NCBI RefSeq assembly: GCF_036365525.1
Contig: NC_090380.1
Coordinates: 60,540,712 to 60,604,711, forward strand
Reading direction: 5' to 3'
DNA length: 64,000 nucleotides
DNA from: Heterodontus francisci
Lineage: Eukaryota
Of the stretch, positions 24,224 to 36,186 are shown one piece after another (positions within the stretch are counted from its first letter, which is position 1; each line of letters opens with the position of its first letter). Both the position numbers and the translations under genes were made by a program. The notes below the pieces were generated by a model. It was given only the letters and a program-made list of their open reading frames with translations. It did no database searches and had not been told where the DNA came from.

Positions 24224-24651
24224 AAATGTTGGCCAGTGTCACTCACATCCCATGAAAGAATAAAAGAATTGTGGTTCAGTGTCATATTTTGCTTTGTAAT
24301 GTCCCTGTGAAACGCCATGGGATATTTTACTACGTTAAGGGTGTACAAAGACAAACCGTTTGGTTAAATATAGCTGGTTGTGACTTGATTTTAGAATCTG
24401 AGCTAGAACACATGGCGGCGCTATTTATTCAAATACAGATCAATTATTAGAATATTTTAAATAAAACAGAGGCACCCTCTGAGAGTTCAGCATTACCCTT
24501 TCAGTCGTTCTCGCCAAGCAGGAGTAACTGTACAGGACTGAGTGATATCTGGAGCAGCGACTTTCCAGCACAGAGCCCCTGCCCATTGACTCGTTGATAC
24601 GTGTTGCTGCTGCATGAAAACTCGTTTCTGGAGCTCTGTGACGATCTGCAG

Positions 24652-24697
24652 ATGAAACTCTTTACCCTCATACTGCTGCTGGTCGCTGTTGTAGACG
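24652..24697 (+). CDS. Signal-peptide exon of the CD200-like gene (MKLFTLILLLVAVVD/G)
   Basis: ATG, hydrophobic core and G|GTGAG phase-1 donor, compatible with the phase-1 acceptors of both V exons; lies in unique sequence. Linkage across 31.5 kb is inferred. Confidence 0.75.
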
Positions 24698-25294
24698 GTG
24701 AGAATACTTAACTTTAAAAGGATATATTTACACTAGTTATAATATATAACACCTTGTGCATTAATCGAACTCTTTATAACTAGTTTCTAGTGATCGAATG
24801 TGAATAGGAAATAATTAAGAAGGAGGAAACAAATCGGAGGAAACATTGTTCCCGTCACTAATCTGCAAAGACATAGCAAATGCCTCCGGAAAGAAAGATT
24901 TTTAAGACGTGGTTATATTTGACAACCTGATCAGTTAATGAAATTGTGAAAATTGCTCAAATATGGTTCAATGGTTACATTAAAAAATGAATGCACTAGA
25001 CATTATCATGAAAACCTAACCTTATCTTTAAAGTGGAACATTTTAACATTACAGTAGCACGAGTGTAATCGTCGAAGACATCCACCCTGAATACTGAAGG
25101 TTGCTTTTGTCCACTGCTATTTTTTCAGCTCGCTAGGTGTCTGGCCAGGTTGGGGCATTGGGTGCTTGTGGCATCACACTGAGAGGTATCCATTTCTGGA
25201 ATGGATCACAGAAAGCCATTTGTTTTGGCCCAACTTGGTCATAGGCCTTCTGCTCATCCAGGAAAAGTATTTGAGAAGGGGTTTGGTGCTGTAT

Positions 25295-25946
25295 GGGCTG
25301 AATTTTACATCGCCCCAGCTGGTCAGTAGGTGGCATGCGGCGCAAAATTGAACAGGAGGCACCGGGAGGCCTACCCGCCCTGCTCCCGCCTCCGGTGCAC
25401 TTTACGGTGGTCGGGCGGTTGGTGGGGGAATGGCCTGCCTCACCCCCTCCCCCAAGGCCAATCAAGGCCCTTAAGTGGCCACTTTACGGCCGCTTAAGGG
25501 CCCGCGCCCGACTCTAGGGGTATTTTACCCGGGGCAAGCGGGCGTGCTGGGGACGTGAAAGGCCGCCCAGCGATAGCTGCCGGCCCTGCTGCACACCAGC
25601 GGGGGTGCCATGGCAGTCAGGCACAGGGTGTCCGATTGAGGGCCAACCCCGCCTCCCAACCCACCCTCAGGACCCAAGACACCCCCTTCCCCCCAAACAA
25701 CCACTCCAGCCTCACCAGGGAAGGACCGATCCCTCTGGTGAGGCAAGCCCAATTTACCTAATCTCCACGCGCCATGGCGTCGGCTGGGCTAATTGGCCGG
25801 CAGCTCACTCAGGCGGGACCTCCTCCCCCAAGTGGGTGGAAGTCCGTAAAATGCGGGACGGATCCCTGGGCTAGGCGGAAGCGGGTTGGCCACCAACTTT
25901 TACGTCGGTGGCGATGTCCTGTCCGCCTTAAGGTAAAATCCAGCCC
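25295..25946. mobile_element. Harbinger/PIF-like MITE
   Basis: TIRs GGGCTGAATTTTAC / GTAAAATCCAGCCC; 3-bp TSD TAT. Confidence 0.85.
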
Positions 25947-26039
25947 TATGTGTCAGGTGTTATCCCCTGAATGTCAGCCCTGTATGAAACCTTCAGTGTG
26001 ATGCAGTCTTACAGCAGGAATGGTGTCAGATCAGGGAGT

Positions 26040-26335
26040 CTAATTCCGGCCTCCTCGGCATCCCCGATTTTACTTGCTCCATCATTGACAACCGGCCCTT
26101 CAGCTGCTTAGGCCCTAACCTCTGGAATTCCCTCTTTAAACCTCTCCAACTCTATACCTTACTTTCCTCCATCAGGCCACTCCTTAAAACTTATCTCTTT
26201 GACCAAGCTTTTGGCCATCTGCCCTCATTTCTCCTTATGTGGCTCCGTGTCATATCTTGCTTTAAAATGCTTCTATGAAGCGCCTTGGGACGTTTTATTG
26301 CGTTAAAGGTGCTGTATAAATACAAGTTGTTGTTG
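26040..26335 (+). mobile_element. L2-type LINE/SINE 3' tail
   Basis: TGAAGCGCCTTGGGACGTTT...TATAAATACAAGTTGTTGTTG, an L2-like 3' end. Confidence 0.6.
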
Positions 26336-26987
26336 AGTTGAACTTTGTCAGCTCAACTGGGTCAGCATCAGGTCCTAGGCCTTTTCCAGGGTGGAGACCT
26401 TTGAATTAACACTTTGCCACAGGGTCGAGCAGTCGACGAACGAGGTGTAAATTGTGCAGGTTTAGAGAAGTCTTTTTTCTTGAGTTTCTGCTCATAATCA
26501 CATGGCTATTACCAAAATGTAGTATCTGTCATGAACCAGTGCAATTGTGCAATGTTTTATAATGTAATTTTTAAAAATGCTTTTAAAGGTATTCCTTGAT
26601 ATATTTAAGAGCGGTAACTTATGATATTGATTAGTCAGTTGAAAATGGGTTTATCACAAACAATAAGCACTTTTAATCACTGTGTCAATCCACCACCTGT
26701 GTGTAACCCAATTTTAAATTACAGAAAATTACGTTCTAAAGATATACAGAGCCATTTGCTAGTTATATTGAGGTACAGTCATCAGTTTCTTAGTAAATTT
26801 AAAAGATCAAAAGCTTTTAAAACGTGCCTTTAGTATCCTTGCGTTCAAATGAACCAGCTTAAATTTTAAGAGGCTCCTCAAAGGTTTGCAAACGTGCGCA
26901 ATTTGTGGAAATTCCCAATTGGGATTAATTTGATCTGGGTGTGTGGCCAATGTTTTTTAAACTAACGCAAAAGATCACAGAAACTCA

Positions 26988-29803
26988 AATAAAAACAAAA
27001 AGTGCAGGTCAGGCAGCATCTGTGGAGAGCGAGGCAGAGTTAACATTTCAGACCTTTCATCGGAACTGGCAAAGGTTAGAAAAGAATTAGGTTTTAAGGA
27101 AGGGAAGGGGATGGGGGGGGAATGGTGGGGAAGAGAACAAAAGGGAAGGTGTGTGATAGGGCAGAGGGCAGGAGAGATTAAATAACAAAGCTGTCCTGAG
27201 ACAAAGGCAAAGTGTATGTTAATGCTTGTGCTGAAAGACAAAGCATTAGTCCAGAGAGACTGTTAATGGCAGAATAATGAGCAGCTCTGACTACATGAAA
27301 AACAGGCACATGGTTAACAACTAAAATAATGTTAAAAAATATTTTTAAAAAAGGCCTGTCATGTTCTGAAATTATTGAATTCTATGTTCAGTCTGCAAGG
27401 CTGTAGAGTGCCGAATCGAAAGAGGAGATGCTGCTCCTCGAGCTTGTGTTGATGTTCACTGGAACACTACAGCAGGCCAAGGACAGAAATGTGGGCATGA
27501 GAGCAGTGGGTGTGTTGAAATGGCAAGCAACCGGAAGTTCGGGGTCATGCTTTTGCACTGAGTTGAGGTGTTTCGCAAAGCGGTCTCCCAATCTGCGTTT
27601 GGCCTCTCCAATGTAAAGGCGATCGCATTGTGAGCAGTGAATACAGTATACTAAATTGAAGGAAGTACAAGTAAATCATCGCTTCACCTGGAAGAAGCAT
27701 TTGGGGCCTTGGATGGTGAGGAGAGAGGAACTAAAAGGGCAGGTATTACACCTCCTGTGATTGCGTGGGAAGGGGATGAGGTGTCAGGGGTGATGGAGGA
27801 GTGGACCAGGGAACGATCTCTTTGGAATGCTGACAGGGGAGGGGAAGGGAAGATGTGTTTGGTGGTGGCATCACGCTGGAGGTGGCAGAAATGGTGGAGG
27901 GTGATCCTTTGGATGTGGAGGCTGGTGGAGTGGAAAGTGAGGACAAGGGGAATACTGTCGCGCCAATGGGAGGGAGGGGAAGGGATGAGGGCAGAAGTGA
28001 GGGAAATAGGTCGGACACGGTTGAGGGCCCTGTCAACCACAGTCAGGGGGAGTCCTCAGTTGAGGAAATAGGAAGACATATCAGAAGCATTGTTGTGGAA
28101 GATGGCATAATCAGAACAGATGCGTCGGAGACAGAGAAACTGGGTGAATGGGATGGAGTCTTTATAGGAAGTGTAGTCAAGGTAGCCGTGGGAGTCGGTC
28201 AGCTTATACTGAATATTAGTAGACAGCCTATCGCCAGAGATGGAGACAGAGGCTCCTGGTCAAAGAATGAGCCAGAGGCTCACTTTTGTTTTTATATTAG
28301 TGATTAATTCACTGCCACTTCTCTTCCAGGCATGCCTACCTTGAAGAAGTTCTGCTTTTCTTTCCGACTTCATCAACTTTGGTTCCAGTTTCTACCCTTC
28401 TTTCATCTTTACATGGTCTATCTCCGACACTTCCCTTCCTTGACTTTCCTGTCTCCATCTCTGGCGATAGGCTATCTACTAATATTCATTATAAGCCCAC
28501 CGACTCTAACGGCTACCTTGACTATACTTCCTCACATCCGGTTTCCTGTAAGGACTCCATCGCATTCTTCCAGTTTCTCTGTCTCCGACGTATCTTTTCT
28601 GATGCTGCCTCCTTCCACAACAGCGCTTCTGATGTGCCTTCCTTTTTCCCCAACTGAGAATTCCCTCCCCACCCCTGTCCCCCCATTGTGGTCGACAGTG
28701 CCCTCAACTGTGTCTGACCTATTTCCCACACTTCTACCCTCACCCCTTTCCCTCTCTCCCAGAACCATGACAGAATTCCCCTTGTCCTCACTTTCCACCC
28801 TACCAGCCTCCACAGCCAAAGGATCATCCACTGCCATTTCCACCACCTCCAGCGCGATGCCACCACCAAACACATCTTCCCTTCCCCTCCCCAGTCAGCA
28901 TTCCGAAGTGATTGTTCCCTCTGCGACACACTGGTCCACTCCTCCATCACCCGCAACACCTCGTCTCTTCCCACGGCATCTTCCCATGTGATCGCAGGAG
29001 GTGTAATACCTGCCCTTTTATCTCCTCTCTCCTCACCATCCAAAGTCTCAAATGCTCCTCCCAGGTAAAGCAGCGAATTACTTGTACTTCCTTCAATTTA
29101 GTATACTGTATTCACCGCTCACAGTGCGGTCACCTCTATACTGGGGAGACAAACACACATTGGGTGACTGCTTTGTGAAACACCTCCACTCAGTCTGAAA
29201 GCATGACCCCGAGCTTCCGGTGGCTGGCCATAGCAACACCATTCTCCCCTGCTCCCATGCCCACATTTCTGTCCTTGGCCTGCTGCACTGTTCCAGTGAA
29301 CATCAATGCAAGCTTGAGGAGCAGCACCTCATCTTTCGATTCGGCCTTGCAGACTGAACATTGAGTTCAATAATTTCAGAGCATGACTGGCCTTTTTTAA
29401 TATTTTTCTTTTTTTTATTATTTTATTTTATTTTTTAACCATCTACCTGTTTTTCATGTAGTCAGAGCTGCTCATTATTCTGCCATTAACACTCTCTCTG
29501 GACTAATGCTTTACCACAAGCATCAACACACTCTTTCCCTTTCTCTCATGACAGCTTTGATATTTAATCTCCCTGCCCTCTGTCCTATCACACACCTTCC
29601 CTTTTGTTCTCTCCCCCCGCCCACCCCCACTTCACTTCCTTAAAACCAAATTCATTTCTAACCTTTGCCAGTTCTGATGAAGGGTTACAGACTTGAAACG
29701 TTAGCTCTGCTTCCCCCTCCATAGATGCTGCCTGACCTGCTGAGTATTTCCAGCAATTTCTGTGTTTATTTCAGATTTCCAGCATCTGCAGTATTTTGCT
29801 TTT
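26988..29803. mobile_element. Older Penelope-like element in inverted (fold-back) configuration
   Basis: Minus arm ~26988-28250 and plus arm ~28370-29803 are homologous to 49690-52042; TSD ATCACAGAAACTCA at 26974 and 29804. Confidence 0.9.
29671..29705 (+). ncRNA. Minimal type I hammerhead ribozyme in PLE pseudo-LTR
   Basis: GTT-CTGATGA-a-GGGTT aca GACTT-GAAAC-GTT-AGC: canonical core boxes with a wobble-rich helix II. Confidence 0.65.
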
Positions 29804-30041
29804 ATCACAGAAACTCAGTTTACATTGAATGTAATTTGTACTTAAAAGTCTGTGATCTTTTGCACAGGTTGCGCTGATGTCGGGCAAATTGCATTGAATG
29901 AAGCCAGCACAATTGAGCAGAAACTCTACCCTGTGAAGTCTAGTCATTATAGCTTTTCATGTTTTCGGAGATGGAAACTTTGCCAAGATGCAACAGGATG
30001 TGCTTGCAGAAACTGTAAAAAAGGCAGTATGGGTGGATTTC

Positions 30042-31580
30042 TCTGTTGAGGCTTATCAGGCTGCAGCTAAATCACGCATGGAGTATTTCTGCCCCTTTTA
30101 TTCCATCGACCTCACTTTGAATGCGGCAGTGACAGTCTCACTGCTGCACCACCAGCATTTTCTTGAAGGAGCACAGTCTTGGTGGAACTCTGTTATGAAT
30201 AGGATAATCCCAGCCTATAACTCGTGGAGGTATTTAGTAGAATAAATAGGATAGAAAAGAGAAAAACTAACACAAATTCAGTCGTGACAATAAGACAAAG
30301 TTGCACAAGTTTAAAATTGTGAAAGGGCAATTTAGGACTGATATCAGAAACTTTGGGCTGAATTTTTACAGATCGGCGGTGAGCTTTAAAACCAGCATGT
30401 GCACTGTGGAACTGCCGCAATACTTCGTGGCAGCTCATTAACATCGAGGGAGTGGAATGCCCGCCCCCGAAGATGTAGCGGGGACGAGCGCTCTGTCCCC
30501 AGCAACAGCGCCCAGCGCAACCACGCAGGTGCCAGCACCATTCTTAAAGGGCTTCAAGCCCTTCAGGTCAATTTACATTTTTAAAGAGAACTGCAAGTTG
30601 CATTTAAATTTAAACATTCAATGAAAGATTGAAGCCCCTCTTCCACCCTCCCTCCCACAAGGACCAAACAAGTTATTTATTTCCCGCTCAGCCCCCAAAA
30701 AAACTTTATTGCCGGTCCTGAACTTTCATCCCCAAACTTTCATCGTGGAAAGGTAAGTAATTATTCTGTGATTTTAATTTATTTAAATATTGAAATTAAG
30801 GTTCTGGTGCCGAGCAGTGGAGGGGCTGCCACGAGGTCTCGCTGCTGCCTGTAAAATGGGGCAGGACCTTCCTGGCGTCGAGACCTCTCCTGGAAGGATT
30901 TCCCGGGCCCCCCCCCCCCCAACGACTCCCGACGCCAGGATGCTAGTAAAATTCAGCCCTTAGAAATTATCAGCATACAATGTGCTGTTTGTCCTTTCAT
31001 GCCTGTCCCAGTGTTAGCCCTTCCTTTGCAGTTAACTAATGTGCTCTTCTTTACTCAAAAATGATCTGTATATGGAGCTGACTGCTGGTATTATTATAGT
31101 TGCTGATAAATCCCAATAATTTTCTAGCTTGTAACCACTTCAGTGAAGCTTTATTTCAAGGGCACCAAATTATACATTTCTTTGCACAAAATATACACAA
31201 AATTGCTGGTTGATTTATTTTAGTCAGGATTGTTCCTTAATATTTGGTTCATTCTTCCATGGTGTGGAAACACATTATGCCTATGAATACAAAAGTGCTG
31301 TAATTATGCCTCAAGTATGACATGACTAATACCAAGAAAATTATATGGTGAAGAAATAGTGGGATAGAATTCCTGACAGAAAGTATGTGCTGTCTGATAG
31401 AACAAAGGGAGTAAGGAATAAGCAACAATCTAATATCGGAGGAGTAGAGGCTGCATGAAGATGTACATGACTGGCCTTGTCTGAGCAATCCTGTCCAATT
31501 ACTGCTGCTTCCTGGGGCCATTGTCGGGAAGGTAGTGGTAGATCTTCAAAAGGGGCAATAACAAGCTGGCTTCTCCTGAT
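30042..31580 (+). repeat. Local duplication copy A (contains MITE 30355-30959)
   Basis: Collinear with 36187-37565 plus 39341-39648. Confidence 0.9.
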
Positions 31581-31855
31581 AGATTTAAACTATTATAATC
31601 GGATAAAGGGGCAAGCAGGACAGACTGCAAATTAAGACAAGGGGGTAAGGCTATTAAAGGAAAACCTGAATTGTGCTTCGATGAATGCAAGGAATATAAG
31701 GAATAAAATGGGTGAGCTAGAAGTGCTGATACATAGAGAGGAAATAATTGTTTGAAGAGTGACTGAATCTGATTGAAATTACATGATTGCGGAATTAACT
31801 TGCAGTGTTTACTGTGTTTCAGGAAAGATCAGGAAGGTAAGGTAGCAGATATTCT

Positions 31856-33517
31856 TTTTTTGGGCCTCCTTATCTCGAGAGACAATGGATACGCGCCTGG
31901 AGGTGGTCAGTGGTTTGTGAAGCAGCGCCTGGAGTGGCTATAAAGGCCAATTCTGGAGTGACAGGCTCTTCCACAGGTGCTGCAGAGAAATTTGTTTGTT
32001 GGGGCTGTTGCACAGTTGGCTCTCCCCTTGCGCCTCTGTCTTTTTTCCTGCCAACTACTAAGTCTCTTCGACTCGCCACAATTTAGCCCTGTCTTTATGG
32101 CTGCCCGCCAGCTCTGGCGAATGCTGGCAACTGACTCCCACGACTTGTGATCAATGTCACACGATTTCATGTCGCGTTTGCAGACGTCTTTATAACGGAG
32201 ACATGGACGGCCGGTGGGTCTGATACCAGTGGCGAGCTCGCTGTACAATGTGTCTTTGGGGATCCTGCCATCTTCCATGCGGCTCACATGGCCAAGCCAT
32301 CTCAAGCGCCGCTGACTCAGTAGTGTGTATAAGCTGGGGGCGTTGGCCGCTTCAAGGACTTCTGTGTTGGAGATATAGTCCTGCCACCTGATGCCAAGTA
32401 TTCTCCGAAGGCAGCGAAGATGGAATGAATTGAGACGTCGCTCTTGGCTGGCATACGTTGTCCAGGCCTCGCTGCCGTAGAGCAAGGTACTGAGGACACA
32501 GGCCTGATACACTCGGACTTTTGTGTTCCGTGTCAGTGCGCCATTTTCCCACACTCTCTTGGCCAGTCTGGACATAGCAGTGGAAGCCTTACCCATGCGC
32601 TTGTTGATTTCTGCATCTAGAGACAGGTTACTGGTGATAGTTGAGCCTAGGTAGGTGAACTCTTGAACCACTTCCAGAGCGTGGTCGCCAATATTGATGG
32701 ATGGAGCATTTCTGACATCCTGCCCCATGATGTTCGTTTTCTTGAGGCTGATGGTTAGGCCAAATTCATTGCAGGCAGACGCAAACCTGTCGATGAGACT
32801 CTGCAGGCATTCTTCAGTGTGAGATGTTAAAGCAGCATCGTCAGCAAAGAGGAGTTCTCTGATGAGGACTTTCCGTACTTTGGACTTCGCTCTTAGACGG
32901 GCAAGGTTGAACAACCTGCCCCCTGATCTTGTGTGGAGGAAAATTCCTTCTTCAGAGGATTTGAACGCATGTGAAAGCAGCAGGGAGAAGAAAATCCCAA
33001 AAAGTGTGGGTGCGAGAACACAGCCCTGTTTCACACCACTCAGGATAGGAAAGGGCTCTGATGAGGAGCCACCATGTTGAATTGTGCCTTTCATATTGTC
33101 ATGGAATGAGGTGATGATACTTAGTAGCTTTGGTGGACATCCGATCTTTTCTAGTAGTCTGAAGAGACCACGTCTGCTGACGAGGTCAAAGGCTTTGGTG
33201 AGATCAATGAAAGCAATGTAGAGGGGCATCTGTTGTTCACGGCATTTCTCCTGTATCTGACGAAGGGAGAACAGCATGTCAATAGTCGATCTCTCTGCAC
33301 GAAAGCCACACTGTGCCTCAGGGTAGACGCGCTCGGCCAGCTTCTGGAGCCTGTTCAGAGCGACTCGAGCAAAGACTTTCCCCACTATGCTGAGCAGGGA
33401 GATTCCACGGTAGTTGTTGCAGTCACCGCAGTCACCTTTGTTTTTATAGAGGGTGATGATGTTGGCATCGCGCATGACCTGGGGTACTGCTCCCTCGTCC
33501 CAGCACAGGCATAGCAT
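31856..33517 (-). mobile_element. Young 5'-truncated RTE LINE with an uninterrupted 536-aa RT/C-terminal ORF
   Basis: ORF 31907-33517 has NYRGISLL, AFIDLTKAFD, GVKQG, LLFADD, CSTCGRACHSRIGLYSH. Confidence 0.93.
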
Positions 33518-34615
33518 GTGGTGACATTATTTATTAGAGAAAAACTAATTAAAATGGAATTGTTTGGTGAAAGTGGTACTGAGTCTCCGTAGACAAAATT
33601 TAAAAAACAATAAAGGGAAATTATTAGTAATAGGGATATGCTACATGTCACTAAACAATTCAGGGGAGGTTGATGTAGTTTTGTGATTGGCAATGAGATA
33701 GATGAGTGCTAAGTCTTCAGTAGTCATCCTGGGGGATTTCTGTCTTCCTCATGGTGACTGAAGTGCACAATGGGGACAATCTGCATTTGAGTGGGAATTT
33801 ATTGAAATTCTGAAGGCCTTGTTTCTAAAACAGTATATTCAGGAAACCACAAAAGATACTGAACTTTTAAATTGAGTTCTAACAAATGAAGGTGGAACAA
33901 TAAGCAAAGTCAAAGGAAACATTTGGCCATGACATTTTGATATTCAAGGTAGACATAGGGATAGAAAATAAAAGTAAGTTAATTAAAAAGCTTAATTTTA
34001 AACAAGCTGATTTTAATGGTATGTGAGAAAGTATAGAAATAGTAAAATGGGAAGAAATATTCTGGGCGGAGGACTACTCTGGAATGGCGAACAGTCTCCT
34101 CAGTTACAGCAGGGCCTCCATTTTTCCAGACATTAAGCATCAGGATCAAGTGCTCTGCACTCTGACAATAGCTCAATAAATTCTTTCCCCTTTTACTACA
34201 GTTATTTGCCAGGCGGCATTGTCAGCAAGATCTTTTGCTCCAAAAATGTTTTATTCGTATATCACAACATAAGTAGTCTCAACAAATGCAGGAAAAAATA
34301 GAATTTCAAGACCCACTGTTTGGGTTGTAGTAGGTGGGTCTTGGGGATCCCTTGGGTTATTTCCACGCTGACTCAGTAGGCTAAGGGACCCAAGTTTTCA
34401 AGTATGTGGTTCAAAAGAAACCATTACTGACATCTCTCTTTTTAAAAAAAATTGTTCAAATGTATAATCAGTGTTATCAATAAATCGAGTTGGGTTGCAT
34501 TTGTGTGTAAGTTCTGGCAGGTAATTTTGTAGTCTGGTTTGAAATGTGGGGTATAGCAGATTCAACACTGAAAACATCAAATCATTGTGAAGCAGCAATC
34601 AACAAAGAAATAGAG

Positions 34616-34799
34616 GGGGTAAAAGTGGTCCTCACCAGTATTGTGAAACAAGCGCATAACGAATTTTTAACCCATTTTACACCACACCCAATTTTGTATT
34701 TCATTCTCTTCATTGGATAGAAAATTGGATATGGAGTCAGATGGGCTGCGGATTCACTACGAGCCCTTTTGCACGACTGGTGTGGACAAATTTCACCCC
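34616..34799. mobile_element. Small palindromic MITE
   Basis: GGGTAAAAGTGGTCCTCACCAGT versus ACTGGTGTGGACAAATTTCACCC imperfect TIRs. Confidence 0.6.
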
Positions 34800-36186
34800 A
34801 AGAGAGTTGAACGATATAACCAAAAAGTTGAATACCAATAAGAGGATATCATGTTAGAACTCTACAATGCTCAATCAGATTACAAACTTGGTAACAGGTC
34901 AGTCACTGAGTCACAAATGTAACGTTCGAATTGTGGAAGCAATGCAGAATCCTAGTGACAGATGTAAGACCCCCTACCTGGTCTAAAGGCTCTAGCCTTT
35001 ACTCTGGGTATCAACTTGGATACTGTTCCATTAGATGTGCGACACCTTTATTATACCACTAAGCAATAGTATGTTTGATAATACCGGTTGCTTAGCAGCC
35101 CTGCAAGCCAAAGTCCATCTCAGTGGTCAATCCGCTGATGAATCTTCTGTGCGTGACTTCCAGATGGTTGAGCATGCCACCCCAACCACTGCAGCAAAGA
35201 TGTTCCTGTGAGGTTTTTATACTTTTTTTTTGCTATGGCCCTGCTCCATATAAGGTAAAATCTGTCTTTTACTCTGTCAATTGGTCTGCACTTACCTACA
35301 TGTTTTTTTCAAAACAAGCTAATTACCTCACCAAGTGATGGCCAACTTGGGCTCAGACAGGAATTTCAAGACCCACTGTTTCAGGTAACAAGACAGTTTC
35401 TCTATTCATTATCTCTAGCACCATTATCAATTGGTCTGCAGACAGGCTTTTTTTTAGTTCTTAATGAGCAAGGCCTGGATCTCTTCCTGGATGCTAGCAC
35501 TTTTACAGTTTAATTAATTTTGCAGACCTTGCTAATTCTAGCAAGGCTCTGTCATGACCAAAATTGACCATCCTGCCTTGCACCTTCAGGCCCACAATAC
35601 ATTTCAGTAGGTGTCTACGGTCTGGGTGCTTTGATCCACGTTGCCACCATGAAACAGACACCACACACACAGGACTCCACCACAACCGGTCTACATTCAT
35701 TAATACAAAAGAAATAAAGGGACAGTTACATGGTTAAAAAGTGATTGTACATTAAAAGGTAAAATAATATATTGGCTCACACAGAAGGCTGAGATATAAA
35801 GAAATATATAGATAGAAAAACATGGGCTGTTCAGCCTGAAAAAGAACTGATTAAGAATAAAGCCAATATTGTTTTCCCCATGGCTGTCTAAAATATGGCA
35901 GGATTGAGGCAGAGAATGATGGAAATGTGACTGGTGAGACCTTGCCTTCCTTTCACCCGAGTTGGGACTGCCACACCAATCGCATGCAATGGCATTGGAG
36001 TGGGAAGATTTCTCTTCAATCCACTCCATTTATTGTCACTTCCAGAAGTTACCATGTCGAAGATGGCAGTAGACATTGGGAAGTATGCAGAATTGGCCTG
36101 GATTCCTCCTACAGTGGGAGATGGTCTTGTAGTGGCCTCCTCACCCTCCCATTTGGCCCCCAGTCATTTACCTGTTTAGTTCCTGT

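Larger units (their letters stand above)
21400..24270 (+). mobile_element. Older copy of the same L2/Crack-like LINE, hosting a solo LTR and a Tx1 fragment
   Basis: Collinear with ~20050-21368 once the two nested inserts are removed. Confidence 0.8.

Noticed and set aside
29852-30049. Possible extra phase-1 exon after TTTTGCACAG (29867)
   Set aside because: No convincing donor and no recognisable domain; cannot be supported without transcripts
34301-35381. 21-bp direct repeat GAATTTCAAGACCCACTGTTT about 1.06 kb apart
   Set aside because: The intervening sequence has no coherent element structure or tail, so it cannot be called a TSD; probably repeat debris
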